64,000 nt of DNA from an uncultured Chloroflexia bacterium (lineage in GTDB: Bacteria; Chloroflexota; Limnocylindria; Limnocylindrales; CSP1-4). The notes beneath the pieces were generated by a model. The model saw nothing but the letters and a program-made list of their open reading frames with translations. It had not been told where the DNA came from and ran no database searches. Shown here piece after piece: positions 38,066 to 47,762 of this stretch. The stretch spans positions 988,391-1,052,390 of the forward strand of contig CAWGWF010000001.1 in the NCBI GenBank assembly GCA_963826225.1, written 5' to 3'. The number at the start of each line of letters is the position of its first letter. Within the stretch, counting starts at the first letter, position 1. The position numbers were made by a program, and so were the translations under genes.

Positions 38066-39549
38066 GGAGCCCCCTCAGCGCTGCTCCGGGAGCGCCGGCG
38101 CAGGCGGTCCACCAGGCGGCGCCCGCGGCGCTGCAGGTCCGCCTCGAGGCGTGGGTGGGGGCGCCCGAGCGCCCGCTCACGCTCCAGTGTGCGCCACGCC
38201 GCGCGGGTTGCCGCGAGCGCGCCCGCCGGATCGCCGAGGCGGTGCTCGCGCAGCTTCGCGACCTCGATCCACGCGATCGCGCCGAGGCCGCCCCCGCCCG
38301 CGGCCGCCATCTGCCAGGCCTCGGCAGCCTCAGCCCAGCGGCCGAGGCGCCGGAGCACACGCGCCCGTTCCGCGGCCAGGTGCTCGTCCGTCCAGCGGTC
38401 CGGTGAGCCCCACGCCGCCGCGCCCGGCGCCGGACCGAGCGCTCCGCCCCGTCCGTTCGCCAGGTGCCCGCGCCACCCGGCCCGCGGCGGGGCGCCGCCG
38501 AAGTGCGGGCGGGTCCTGGCCTCCCACCACGGCTCCAGCTCATCCGCCCGCGCCTCCCGGATCCGCGCCGGGGTGACGGGCGTCCGGCCGAACGGATCGC
38601 GGGCCGGGGACGGGGAGGCGAGCGCATCGTCGAGGCAGTCCAGCGCGTCCGCATGGCGCCGCTCCCGGCCGTACGCGCGGGCGAGGCCCGCCAGGTCTCC
38701 GCGGGGCGCGGCGAAGCGCTCGCTACGCTCGCCGTACCGCCGTTCCACGTGGGCCAGCAGCAGCCCCAGCGAGCGGACGTCCTTCTCGTTGTGGATCACG
38801 ACCCCGGCCAGCCGCTCCACCGGGCCGCCGCGCAGCACATCAAGGTAGATGCCCGGGATCTCCCAGCCCTCGACGTCGCCAGTCCGGCTGATCCCCAGCA
38901 GCTCGCCCTCCACCGTCTGCAGGCGGGCATCCTCCATGCGGTGACGAAACACGCGCCGGACGAAGGGCAGCAGGTCCAGGTGACCCGCGTGGACCGGCGC
39001 GGCCCGGCCGGCCAGCCGGTACCGGGCCTCGATCAGCGGCCAGTCGAAGCCGCGGCCGTTGTAGGTCACCAGCCAGGTCTCCGGCGTCACCCAGGCCTCG
39101 ATCTCGGCCAGGAGCGCCGGCTCGTCGGCGTGGTCGGGCAGCAGAAGCTGGGTCTGGCGGAACTCGCCACCGTCCCAGCGGGCGAGGCCGACCAGGAACG
39201 CGAGCGTGCCGGCGGCCGTCGCGAGCCCGGTGGTCTCCGTGTCCAGGCAGACCAGCGGCGCGTCCGCAGGCGGATGGCCGGGCAGGCAGGCAAGCCGTTC
39301 CCGGTCCAGGGGGATGTCGACCGCGGCCACGACACGCCGTACGAGCGCGCCCGCCGGCGTGTCCGCGACATCCGCGCCGAGCGCGATCGCCAGGCGTGCC
39401 GCCAGCGCCGCGCTCCGGCGCCCCGCGAACGGGGCTCGCGCCGGTGGCTGCTCCGGTCCGACGGGCGGCCCGCCGGCCCGGGCGAGAGTCGCCCGCAGGT
39501 TCGCCAGCCGCCGCTCGCGGCCGACCGCCGCGAGGGGCTCCGCCGTCAT
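38062..39549 (-). CDS. MrfB/YprB-like DEDD-family 3'-5' exonuclease with C-terminal TPR-like repeats
   Basis: RNase H-like fold with LVCLDTETTGL, YNGRGFDWPL and H-x-D motifs. The C-terminal half is a helical repeat. The ATG at 39549 overlaps the stop of the upstream helicase gene (ATGA). Confidence 0.75.
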   Translation of the reverse strand: MTAEPLAAVGRERRLANLRATLARAGGPPVGPEQPPARAPFAGRRSAALAARLAIALGADVADTPAGALVRRVVAAVDIPLDRERLACLPGHPPADAPLVCLDTETTGLATAAGTLAFLVGLARWDGGEFRQTQLLLPDHADEPALLAEIEAWVTPETWLVTYNGRGFDWPLIEARYRLAGRAAPVHAGHLDLLPFVRRVFRHRMEDARLQTVEGELLGISRTGDVEGWEIPGIYLDVLRGGPVERLAGVVIHNEKDVRSLGLLLAHVERRYGERSERFAAPRGDLAGLARAYGRERRHADALDCLDDALASPSPARDPFGRTPVTPARIREARADELEPWWEARTRPHFGGAPPRAGWRGHLANGRGGALGPAPGAAAWGSPDRWTDEHLAAERARVLRRLGRWAEAAEAWQMAAAGGGGLGAIAWIEVAKLREHRLGDPAGALAATRAAWRTLERERALGRPHPRLEADLQRRGRRLVDRLRRRSRSSAEGAP

Positions 39550-41852
39550 GCGACCGCGGCCCGCTCCCCGGCCGCCGCGCCCAGCGCCGCGAGGAGCCGC
39601 AGGGCGAGTGCCTTGCCGTCCACCTCCGGCTCCAGCCGCGGACCGGTGCAGGCCGGGCATCCCGCGTCGCACGGGCAGGCTTGGAGCAGCTCGGCTGCCC
39701 CCGGCACCAGCTCCGCGTGGCGAGCGAACAGGCGCTCGGACAGGCCCACCCCGCCGGGCATCGCCTCGTACAGGTAGATCGTGGGCGCCTCGTGGTGCGG
39801 CGATCGCACCTGGGACACGAGCCCGAGATCCCGCGGATCCACCATCAGCAGCACCGCGGCGACCGCCTGGATGGCCCGCCCGGCGCCGATCAGCGCCACG
39901 TCCAGCTCGTCCCGCCGCCAGCCCTGCGCCGCCCCCTCCGCGGTCAGCCAGTAGGCCGTCGTCTGGAGCTCGATCTCCGGCAGGTCGATGGGCCCCCAGC
40001 CCACGTTCTCGTCGGTCACGAACTTCAGCTTCTTGTAGAGGGTCACGAGGCTGGCGACCATGACCTCGCCGTGAACCCGGGTGCCGCCGGTGGCGGGTGA
40101 CGTCGCGAACACGTCCAGGGGCTTGAGGGTCACCGCCCGGTTGGCGTACGTGTAGTGGTCCGCGTCGATCCGGTGGACGTACGCCTTCCGCTCGCCCCAC
40201 TCGAGGCGATCCACGTGGTACTGGGCCGACTCGTGCATGTAGATCGCGTGCTCGTGGACCAGCACCTGGGCGCTGAACAGGTCCACCTCGCCCAGGACCC
40301 GCGGCCGGTCGGGGGTCGTGTCGATGATCACGACGTTCTCGGGGGCGGCGGCTCGCAGGGAGACCTCGGACGCGGGGAAGTTCTCCGAGCTCCAGTACCA
40401 CCGGCCGTCGTCGGCCTGGCGCACGTGCCCGCCCTCGCCCAGGAAGGCGAGCAGCTCGTCGGCGGGGCCGGGGCCGAACCACTCGCCGGGCTCGAACGGG
40501 AGCTCGAACGTTGCCGCCCGCAGGTGGGCGAGCAGGACGTGCAGGTTGTCCGGGTCCAGCCGCGCCTCCTCCGGCCGACCGCCGAGCACGAACTCCGGGT
40601 GGTGGATGACGTACTGGTCAACGGGCGCCGGTGACGCGACCACGATCGCGACGCTCACGTCCCCCCGACGTCCGGCCCGGCCCATCTGCTGCCAGGTGCC
40701 GGCGATCGAGCCCGGGTAGCCGGCCAGCACGGCGACGTCCAGCCGTCCGATGTCCACGCCCAGCTCCAGGGCATTGGTGCTGACCACGCCCAGGATCTCG
40801 CCGTCGCGGAGGCCCCGCTCGATGGCCCGCCGCTCCGTGGGCAGGTAGCCGCCGCGGTAGCCGCGGACGCGGGTCCGCGGACCCAGGTCCTGGCGCAGCC
40901 GCTCGCGCAGGTTGGAGAGCATGATCTCCACCGCCACCCGGGACTTGCCGAACACCACGGTCTGGCGGCCGGCGCGCAGGAACGGCAGGGCCCAGCGCTC
41001 CGCCAGGGTCAGCGCGGAGCCGCGCGCCCCGGTGGAACCGTCCAGGATGGGCGGGTCCACCAGCAGGATGTGCTTCTCGCCGGACGGCGCGCCGTTGCGG
41101 TCCACGAGCTGCACCGGGCGTCCGGTGAGCGTCTCGGCCAGCTCCGCCGGGTTGCCGATGGTGGCCGAGCAGCAGACGATGACCGGGTGGCTGCCGTAGT
41201 GCGCGCACAGCCGCAGAAGCCGGCGCAGCACGTTCGCGACGTGGCTGCCGAACACGCCCCGGTAGGTGTGCAGCTCGTCCACCACGATGACCCGCAGCTG
41301 CTCGAACAGCTGGAACCACTTGGTGTGGTGGGGGAGGATCGCGGAGTGGAGCATGTCCGGGTTGGTGACGACGACCTGGCCCGCCTTGCGGATGGCGGAG
41401 CGGATGGGCGCCGGCGTGTCCCCGTCGTAGCAGGCGGCCGAGACCTCGAGCCCGGCGTCCCGGACCAGCTCCCCGAACTCCGAGACCTGGTCCTGTCCGA
41501 GGGCCTTGGTGGGGAACAGGAACAGCGCCCGGGCCGACGGGTCCTCGGCCAGGGCCTGGAGGACGGGCACCGTGTAGCACAGCGACTTGCCGGACGCCGT
41601 GGGCGTGACCACCACGATGTCCCGGCCCTCGTGCACGGCCTCGATCGCCTCCGCCTGGTGGACGTACGGGCGCTCGATGCCGCGACCGGCGAGCCCGGCC
41701 CGGATCCGCGCGTCCAGCCAGTCCGGCCAGTCCCCGTGAACCGCCTCACGGACCGGGATGACCTCGTGATGGACCACGCCCCGGGCCAGCGACGGCTCCG
41801 CCAGCAGCCGGTCCAGCACGGCCTTCGTGGGCGCGGGGGCATAGGTGCGCAT
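39546..41852 (-). CDS. MrfA/YprA-like DEAD/DEAH-box helicase with a C-terminal DUF1998 zinc-ribbon domain
   Basis: Walker A TPTASGKS and DEAH-type motif II (VDELH). The C-terminus has CPCDAGCPACTG (DUF1998 four-Cys). RBS GGAGG. Confidence 0.85.
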   Translation of the reverse strand: MRTYAPAPTKAVLDRLLAEPSLARGVVHHEVIPVREAVHGDWPDWLDARIRAGLAGRGIERPYVHQAEAIEAVHEGRDIVVVTPTASGKSLCYTVPVLQALAEDPSARALFLFPTKALGQDQVSEFGELVRDAGLEVSAACYDGDTPAPIRSAIRKAGQVVVTNPDMLHSAILPHHTKWFQLFEQLRVIVVDELHTYRGVFGSHVANVLRRLLRLCAHYGSHPVIVCCSATIGNPAELAETLTGRPVQLVDRNGAPSGEKHILLVDPPILDGSTGARGSALTLAERWALPFLRAGRQTVVFGKSRVAVEIMLSNLRERLRQDLGPRTRVRGYRGGYLPTERRAIERGLRDGEILGVVSTNALELGVDIGRLDVAVLAGYPGSIAGTWQQMGRAGRRGDVSVAIVVASPAPVDQYVIHHPEFVLGGRPEEARLDPDNLHVLLAHLRAATFELPFEPGEWFGPGPADELLAFLGEGGHVRQADDGRWYWSSENFPASEVSLRAAAPENVVIIDTTPDRPRVLGEVDLFSAQVLVHEHAIYMHESAQYHVDRLEWGERKAYVHRIDADHYTYANRAVTLKPLDVFATSPATGGTRVHGEVMVASLVTLYKKLKFVTDENVGWGPIDLPEIELQTTAYWLTAEGAAQGWRRDELDVALIGAGRAIQAVAAVLLMVDPRDLGLVSQVRSPHHEAPTIYLYEAMPGGVGLSERLFARHAELVPGAAELLQACPCDAGCPACTGPRLEPEVDGKALALRLLAALGAAAGERAAVA

Positions 41853-41863
41853 GCCGCCTCCGG

Positions 41864-41875
41864 TTCGATATCGAA
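41864..41875. promoter_or_regulatory. Perfect 12-bp palindrome TTCGATATCGAA, 12 nt upstream of the mrfA-like start codon
   Basis: Seen directly in the sequence, adjacent to the RBS. The half-site order is GTTC-N6-GAAC, which is not the GAAC-N4-GTTC LexA box. Confidence 0.35.
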
Positions 41876-42033
41876 CAGATGAGCGAATTGTGCCGCGAGT
41901 CTACGACACCGTAGGCCGGACGTGGTGACAGCTCTGGTGTCACGGCCGTGCGACACCGGCGCGGATACCGAGGCACCGCCGGGAGGCGATTCCGATTTGA
42001 CACGCCGATTCGGGCGCAGCTACCCTCGGCCCG

Positions 42034-42597
42034 ATGCCTCGACGTGCCGCGCGCCCGACCGCCGCCGCCGACCCCCGGGAGGACCCCGCCGAGGAGGCCG
42101 CCCCGGATCCCACGGTCGCCTCGCCGACGCCGGCTGCGGCCGCCGCGTTGGGATCGCTGGCGGACCTGCCGGTCGCCGGCCTGACCCGACGCCGGGTCGC
42201 GCTGCTCCTGGGCGCGCTGCTGGCCGCCTGGGTGATCCTGCTGTTCGCCCGCCAGGTCGGAGAGGCCAGCGAGGCCAGCTCGCGGGCCGACGCGATGCGT
42301 GCGTCCAACGCGGCGCTCGAGGTCGAGGTGTCGGCGCTCCAGGGCGAGCTGGCCCTGATCCAGCGCGAGGCCTACATCGTGCAGCAGGCGCGGCAGTACC
42401 GGTTGGGCACGTCGCGCGAGATTCCGTTCATCCTGGCCGACGACGCCCCGCCGCTGGCGCCGGACGCGCCCGGCTCGGCCGCCGTTCGGCTGGGGGCCGT
42501 CACCGAGCGGACGTCGCCGCTGGAGTCGTGGCTGGACCTGCTGTTCGGGTCCGGCGAGGACCCGGGCGAGCCCACGGAGGCGTCCGCCGGCGGCTGA
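42034..42597 (+). CDS. Septum-formation-initiator family protein (FtsB/DivIC-like)
   Basis: Pro-rich N-terminus, a single TM segment, then a coiled-coil with a leucine-zipper-like heptad (ALEVEVSALQGELALIQRE). Confidence 0.5.
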   Translation: MPRRAARPTAAADPREDPAEEAAPDPTVASPTPAAAAALGSLADLPVAGLTRRRVALLLGALLAAWVILLFARQVGEASEASSRADAMRASNAALEVEVSALQGELALIQREAYIVQQARQYRLGTSREIPFILADDAPPLAPDAPGSAAVRLGAVTERTSPLESWLDLLFGSGEDPGEPTEASAGG

Positions 42598-42731
42598 TCC
42601 GTCGGACCCTTCCGGGGTCGCGTCTCCCGGTGCCGCGATCGGGCCGAAATGGCCTTTCGCCGCGTGCTGCGGGCGCCTATGCTGCCCGGAGGCGCCTCAA
42701 GGCGGGTCGCCAGGGGAGGTGTGGACGTCGG

Positions 42732-43289
42732 ATGATCACGATCCCGGTTGAGGACTGGGTGTTCGCCGTCGCGGCCCTGGTCGGGGGTGTGCTGCTGCTG
42801 ATCATGGTGGTGTTCGACGACATCGTCGGCGGCCTGCTGGACGGGTTCGGCTTCGATGTCGGCGGGACGTCGATCACGCCGATCCTGCTCGGATTCATCG
42901 GGATGTTCGGGGCCGGTGGCCTGTTCGCCACCCAGATCCTGGACGTCCACGGCGGGCAGGCGGCGATCATCGGCGTGATCTCCGGGATCGGCGGAGCGGC
43001 TCTCGCCGCCGGACTGTTCGGGCTGCTCAAACGCAGTGAGACCGAGGAGCCCTTCAACCTCACGGACCTGGTGGGTGGTACGGCCTACGTGTCGGTCGCC
43101 ATCCCGGCCAGCCGGTTCGGCAGCATCCTGGTCAAGGCCGAAGGCCAGACACACGAGTTCGCGGCGACGTCCGACCAGGACATCCCGGCCGGCCGGACGG
43201 TCACGATCACGGGAACGGCCGGCAGCGGCGTCATCGTCCGGGACGATACGTCGATCGTCACGCACACGGCTTCGGCCGGGGAGGGCTAG
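42732..43289 (+). CDS. NfeD-like (short form) membrane protein with an OB-fold
   Basis: Two N-terminal TM helices and a C-terminal beta-rich domain. It lies directly upstream of the flotillin gene and abuts it (TAG then GTG). Confidence 0.7.
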   Translation: MITIPVEDWVFAVAALVGGVLLLIMVVFDDIVGGLLDGFGFDVGGTSITPILLGFIGMFGAGGLFATQILDVHGGQAAIIGVISGIGGAALAAGLFGLLKRSETEEPFNLTDLVGGTAYVSVAIPASRFGSILVKAEGQTHEFAATSDQDIPAGRTVTITGTAGSGVIVRDDTSIVTHTASAGEG

Positions 43290-45341
43290 GTGCTCGACTC
43301 GCTGTTCAACTTCCTGGGCGGTGGGGTGCTCATCGCACTCATCGGCGTCCTGATCATCGTCCTGATCGTCGCCTACGCGACGGGTCGCTTCAAGGTCGCC
43401 GGTGCCAACGAGGCCCTAGTGAGGACGGGCGGCACCCAGCTCAAGGTGGTTCGCGCGGGCCGCGTGATCGTCCTCCCGCTCATCCACAAGCTTGGCCGGC
43501 TCCACCTCTCGGCCCGCCAGATCAATGTCAACCTCTCCGACGCCGTCACCAAGCAGGGCATCAAGGTCGCCGTGCAGGGCGTGGCGACGGTCAAGATCGG
43601 CGGCGACGACGAGTCCATCCGCAACGCCGCCGAGCGGTTCGTGGACCGCGAGGACCAGATCGACTCGATCGTCAAGAACGTGCTCGAGGGCTCGCTCCGC
43701 TCGATCGTCGGCACGCTCACGGTCGAGGAGCTCAACTACGACCGCCAGAAGTTCCAGCAGGAGGTCCAGAGCGCGGCCAAGGGTGACCTCGCCACCTCCG
43801 GTCTCACGATCGACAACTTCACGATCCAGGCCATCCGCGACGAGGTCGGCTACATGGACCTCATCGGCCAGCAGGAGACGGCGCGCCGCGAGCGCGACGC
43901 CCGGATGGCCAAGGCGTCGGCCGACCAGGAGGCCGCCGTCCGCGAGGCCGAGGCCCAGCAGATCAAGCTCAATGCGCAGCGGGACGTCGCGCTCCGCGAG
44001 GCCGAGGTCGAGGCGCTGACCGCGGCCGCCGAGGCGAAGGCCGCCCAGGCGGGCCCGCTCGCCCAGGCCGAGGCCCAGCAGGAGGTCACCCGCCGCCAGA
44101 CCGAGCTCGCCCAGCTGGAGGCGGATCGCAAGCAGAAGGAGCTGATCGCCAGCACGATCCGCCCGGCCGAGGCCGAGGCGGAGGCCCAGGTCCGCCGCGC
44201 CGAGGGCGACAAGGGCGCACGGATCGCGCAGGCGCAGGCCGAGGCGGAGCGCGTCAAGCTCGCAGGCCAGGCCGAGGCCTCCGTCCAGGTCACCAAGGGC
44301 GAGGCGCTGGCCCGCGTCACCCTGGTCAACGCGGAGGCGACCGCCAAGCAGACGACCCTCGAGGGCAACGCCGAGGCCGGGATCACGTTCACCAAGGGCG
44401 AAGCGGAGGCCAAGGCGCTGGCCCTGCGCGCCGACGCCTACCGCCAGTTCAACGAGGCGGCCATCATCTCGACCGTCCTCTCGATGCTGCCGGAGATCGT
44501 CCGCGCCGCCGCAGAGCCGATCGGCCGGATCGAGAGCCTGACCGTGCTCTCGTCGGAAGGCGCGTCGGACATCGTCAAGACCACGACCCGGACGCTGGCC
44601 GAGGCATCGGCGACCGTCAAGGGCCTGACCGGGATCGACGTCCCGGAGCTGCTCCAGTCCGCGCTGGGCAGCGAGACCGCGGCGGCGCCGATGACAAGGG
44701 CCACGGCCGTGACCCGCCGGGCGAAGCCGGACGAGGACGAGGGTGACAAGGGCGGCGGGGCCGGCGGCGGCGCAGGCGACGGGGGGACCCCGGCCGCCGG
44801 TGGGTCGGGGCCGGCCGGGGACGCCGGCGGATCGGCGGCCGGCGCGTCCGCGCCGGGGGTGCCCGAGGCTCCCGTCGCCACGGCCGCGGCTGCGCCGGCC
44901 GCCGGCGAGTCACCGGAGGAACGCTTCGCGAAGGCCGCGGAGTCGATGCGCACCGCCGGGACCATGGCGGCCGCGCCGGCCGGTGACGCGCTCGGGGGAC
45001 TGACATCCGCCCTGCCGCCACATCCGCCGGTGTCGGACGTCCGGCCGTCGGACCGCCGCCGCAAGGCCGCCAACGCCGTCCTCGGCGCCGCAGGGCTCAG
45101 CGAGCAGGCGAGCCTCGAGGAGGCGGCCGTGAAGCTCGCCGAGGAGCTCCGCCGGATCCCCGGCATCGAGCGCTTCGGGGGCACGCGGCTGTCGGATCTC
45201 GAGCGGAGCGGCCCGCGCACCTTGCGCACCCTGTGGCGCGATGCACGCGGCGAGCTGCAGGCCCGCTACGAGGACGTGACGATCGGGATGCTGCTCGACC
45301 GGTACGAGCAGGCGCAGGGCGGAACAAGCCCGGAGCGTTGA
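43290..45341 (+). CDS. Flotillin-like SPFH/band-7 protein with a long low-complexity C-terminal extension
   Basis: N-terminal TM segment, SPFH domain, and the flotillin EA-rich coiled-coil repeats. There is a Gly/Ala/Pro-rich segment of about 150 aa, followed by a conserved C-terminal tail. Confidence 0.85.
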   Translation: MLDSLFNFLGGGVLIALIGVLIIVLIVAYATGRFKVAGANEALVRTGGTQLKVVRAGRVIVLPLIHKLGRLHLSARQINVNLSDAVTKQGIKVAVQGVATVKIGGDDESIRNAAERFVDREDQIDSIVKNVLEGSLRSIVGTLTVEELNYDRQKFQQEVQSAAKGDLATSGLTIDNFTIQAIRDEVGYMDLIGQQETARRERDARMAKASADQEAAVREAEAQQIKLNAQRDVALREAEVEALTAAAEAKAAQAGPLAQAEAQQEVTRRQTELAQLEADRKQKELIASTIRPAEAEAEAQVRRAEGDKGARIAQAQAEAERVKLAGQAEASVQVTKGEALARVTLVNAEATAKQTTLEGNAEAGITFTKGEAEAKALALRADAYRQFNEAAIISTVLSMLPEIVRAAAEPIGRIESLTVLSSEGASDIVKTTTRTLAEASATVKGLTGIDVPELLQSALGSETAAAPMTRATAVTRRAKPDEDEGDKGGGAGGGAGDGGTPAAGGSGPAGDAGGSAAGASAPGVPEAPVATAAAAPAAGESPEERFAKAAESMRTAGTMAAAPAGDALGGLTSALPPHPPVSDVRPSDRRRKAANAVLGAAGLSEQASLEEAAVKLAEELRRIPGIERFGGTRLSDLERSGPRTLRTLWRDARGELQARYEDVTIGMLLDRYEQAQGGTSPER

Positions 45342-45401
45342 GCTCCGGGTACCCCGACGGCCCTGACCGCTTGGCCGATCTGGCCTACAATCCGTGCCCG
45401 T

Positions 45402-45476
45402 GGCTGGGTAGCTCAGTGGTAGAGCAAGCGGCTCATAATCGCTAGGTCACAGGTTCGAATCCTGTCCCAGCTACCA
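45402..45476 (+). tRNA. tRNA with a CAU anticodon (elongator Met or Ile2 type), CCA encoded
   Basis: Manual fold. Acceptor stem GGCTGGG/CCCAGCT (G1-U72). D-arm GCTC-AGTGGTA-GAGC. Anticodon arm AGCGG-CTCATAA-TCGCT. T-arm ACAGG-TTCGAAT-CCTGT. Discriminator A plus CCA. Confidence 0.8.
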
Positions 45477-45488
45477 CGTCGATCATCC

Positions 45489-45512
45489 GACGCCCGGGCT
45501 CGCCCGGGCGTC
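45489..45512 (+). terminator. Perfect 10-bp stem hairpin immediately downstream of the tRNA
   Basis: gacgcccggg-ctcg-cccgggcgtc, followed by gtatgtt. Confidence 0.5.
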
Positions 45513-45711
45513 CGTATGTTCCGGCTGCGACGGGCGGCCGCTCGGAACGAACGCCGCCGGGGCTCGGACGATCGGGCCGACGCGCGCCGGGCTCCGATCC
45601 GGGAACGTGGCGAGACCTGAACCGGACCTCAACCGGGATTCAGCGACCCCGGCGCTATACTCGCCCGCGTGCCGGCTGCTGCCGGTCGTCGGACCCGGAG
45701 GCCTGTCCGTT

Positions 45712-47643
45712 TTGAATGCCAAGTTCCTGCGCAACGGAATCGTCATGCTCGTCCTGGTGGCGGGAACCGTTGCGCTGCTCTTCACGTGGGTGAGCCAGTC
45801 CACTCCCCAACCGTCCAAGGGCTACTCGGACTTCTACGAGGACGTGAAGTCCGGCGCGGTGATCGAGGTCACCCAGGACGGGGAGACCCTGACGGTCAAG
45901 ACGGGTGGCAGCACGTACACGGTGGTCGTCAGCAACTCGATCACCGGCGACGTCTACGCGGACATGCAGAAGGCCACGGCCGAGGGAGGCCAGCCCAAGG
46001 TTCCGCCGTTCACCAAGAAGCCGACCCAGGACACCGGGTGGATCGGCCTCCTGCTGACGGGACTCCTGCCGCTGCTCATCATCGGCGGCTTCATCTTCTT
46101 CATGATGCGCCAGGCCCAGGGCACCAACAACCAGGCTCTCTCGTTCGGCAAGAGCCGGGCGCGGATGTTCCTGGGCAACAAGACGGTCGTGACCTTCGCG
46201 GACGTCGCCGGGGTGGACGAGGCCAAGACGGAGCTCCAGGAGGTCGTGGAGTTCCTCAAGTACCCCGAGAAGTTCAACTCGCTGGGCGCGCGCATCCCGC
46301 GCGGCGTGCTGCTGGTGGGCCCTCCGGGCACGGGCAAGACCCTGATGGCCCGCGCCGTGGCCGGCGAGGCCGGGGTGCCGTTCTTCTCCATCTCCGGCTC
46401 CGAGTTCGTCGAGATGTTCGTGGGCGTCGGCGCCAGCCGCGTGCGCGACCTGTTCGACCAGGCCAAGCGCAACAGCCCGTGCATCGTGTTCGTGGACGAG
46501 ATCGACGCGGTCGGCCGCCAGCGCGGGGCAGGCCTCGGCGGCAGCCACGACGAGCGCGAGCAGACGCTCAACCAGATCCTGGTCGAGATGGACGGCTTCG
46601 ACACCAACACCAACGTGATCGTCGTTGCCGCCACCAACCGGCCGGACGTCCTGGACCCGGCGCTGCTGCGCCCCGGCCGGTTCGACCGCCAGGTCATCCT
46701 GGACCGCCCGGACATGCGCGGCCGCGTGGCGATCCTCAAGGTGCACACCAAGGGCAAGCCCCTCGACAAGGGCATCGTGGTCGAGGAGATCGCGCGCCAG
46801 TCGCCCGGCTTCTCCGGCGCGGACCTCGCCAACCTCGTCAACGAAGCGGCGATCCTGTCCGCGCGCCGGAACAAGAAGGTCATCGGCATGAACGAGTTCT
46901 CCGAGGCCCTGGAGCGCATCGTCGCCGGCCCGGAGCGCAAGAGCCGGGTCATCAGCGACGAGGAGAAGCGGATCATCGCCTACCACGAGGGCGGCCACGC
47001 CGTCGTGCAGCGGATCCTGCCCAAGTGCGATCCGGTGGCCAAGGTCACGGTGATCAGCCGCGGCATGGCCCTGGGCTACACGATGGCGCTGCCCACCGAG
47101 GACCGCTACCTCCAGAGCAAGACGGAGTTCGAGGACAAGATCGCCGGCCTGCTGGGCGGCAACGTCGCGGAGCGCCTCGTGTTCGATGACACGACCACGG
47201 GCGCCAGCAACGACATCGAGAAGGCGACCGACCTCGCGCGCCGGATGGTGACCGAGTTCGGCATGAGCGACCGGCTCGGCCCGCTGTCGTTCGGCAAGCG
47301 CGACGAGCTGGTGTTCCTGGGCCGCGAGATCGGTGAGCAGCGGAACTACTCGGACAACGTCGCGATGATGATCGACGAGGAGGTCCGGGCGATCATCGAC
47401 CGGGCCTACGAGCGGGCGACCGAGGTGCTGACGACCCACCGGGACCGGCTTGACCGCCTGGCGGAGAAGCTGATCGCCGAGGAGACGGTCGACTCGGACG
47501 GGTTCGAAACGCTGTTCGATGGCCTGCCTCCCAAGCCCGCCCGCACCGCCGGCATCCCGCGCGTCATCGCACCCGGCACGGATGGCGGTACCTCGGCGGG
47601 TCCCGGCAGTCCCACCCCTAGCCCGTCGCCGCAGCCGGCCTGA
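45712..47643 (+). CDS. ftsH: ATP-dependent zinc metalloprotease FtsH
   Basis: Two TM helices flank a periplasmic domain. AAA motifs GPPGTGKT and DEIDA, the SRH, and the zinc motif HEGGH. The TTG start at 45712 is preceded by GGAGG. Confidence 0.9.
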   Translation: MNAKFLRNGIVMLVLVAGTVALLFTWVSQSTPQPSKGYSDFYEDVKSGAVIEVTQDGETLTVKTGGSTYTVVVSNSITGDVYADMQKATAEGGQPKVPPFTKKPTQDTGWIGLLLTGLLPLLIIGGFIFFMMRQAQGTNNQALSFGKSRARMFLGNKTVVTFADVAGVDEAKTELQEVVEFLKYPEKFNSLGARIPRGVLLVGPPGTGKTLMARAVAGEAGVPFFSISGSEFVEMFVGVGASRVRDLFDQAKRNSPCIVFVDEIDAVGRQRGAGLGGSHDEREQTLNQILVEMDGFDTNTNVIVVAATNRPDVLDPALLRPGRFDRQVILDRPDMRGRVAILKVHTKGKPLDKGIVVEEIARQSPGFSGADLANLVNEAAILSARRNKKVIGMNEFSEALERIVAGPERKSRVISDEEKRIIAYHEGGHAVVQRILPKCDPVAKVTVISRGMALGYTMALPTEDRYLQSKTEFEDKIAGLLGGNVAERLVFDDTTTGASNDIEKATDLARRMVTEFGMSDRLGPLSFGKRDELVFLGREIGEQRNYSDNVAMMIDEEVRAIIDRAYERATEVLTTHRDRLDRLAEKLIAEETVDSDGFETLFDGLPPKPARTAGIPRVIAPGTDGGTSAGPGSPTPSPSPQPA

Positions 47644-47665
47644 CGGCGGCGCCGGAACGGCAAGG

Positions 47666-47691
47666 AAGGGCGGACGCGGCGGTCCGCCCTT
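47666..47691 (+). terminator. Hairpin downstream of ftsH
   Basis: aagggcggac-gcggcg-gtccgccctt, then tcatcgtgtc. Confidence 0.45.
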
Positions 47692-47762
47692 CATCGTGTC
47701 GGGCGACGGGCGCCCGGCGCCGCGCTACGATCGTTCCGCGCCCCGCGAGCCACGGAGATCCG

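Noticed and set aside
38062-40482. Single 806-aa minus-strand ORF
   Set aside because: Its N-terminal 310 aa overlap the mrfA-like gene out of frame and carry no domain. The real gene starts at the ATG at 39549, which overlaps the upstream gene's stop.
39546-41852. DISARM-type defence locus (helicase plus DUF1998)
   Set aside because: DUF1998 is fused to a DEAH helicase here and is followed by a DEDD exonuclease with TPR repeats. That is the MrfA/MrfB repair architecture. There is no PLD nuclease and no adjacent methyltransferase.
41864-41875. Reading the TTCGATATCGAA palindrome as a LexA/SOS box
   Set aside because: The half-site order and spacing (GTTC-N6-GAAC) do not match the actinobacterial TCGAAC-N4-GTTCGA consensus. 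I kept it only as a generic operator-like palindrome.
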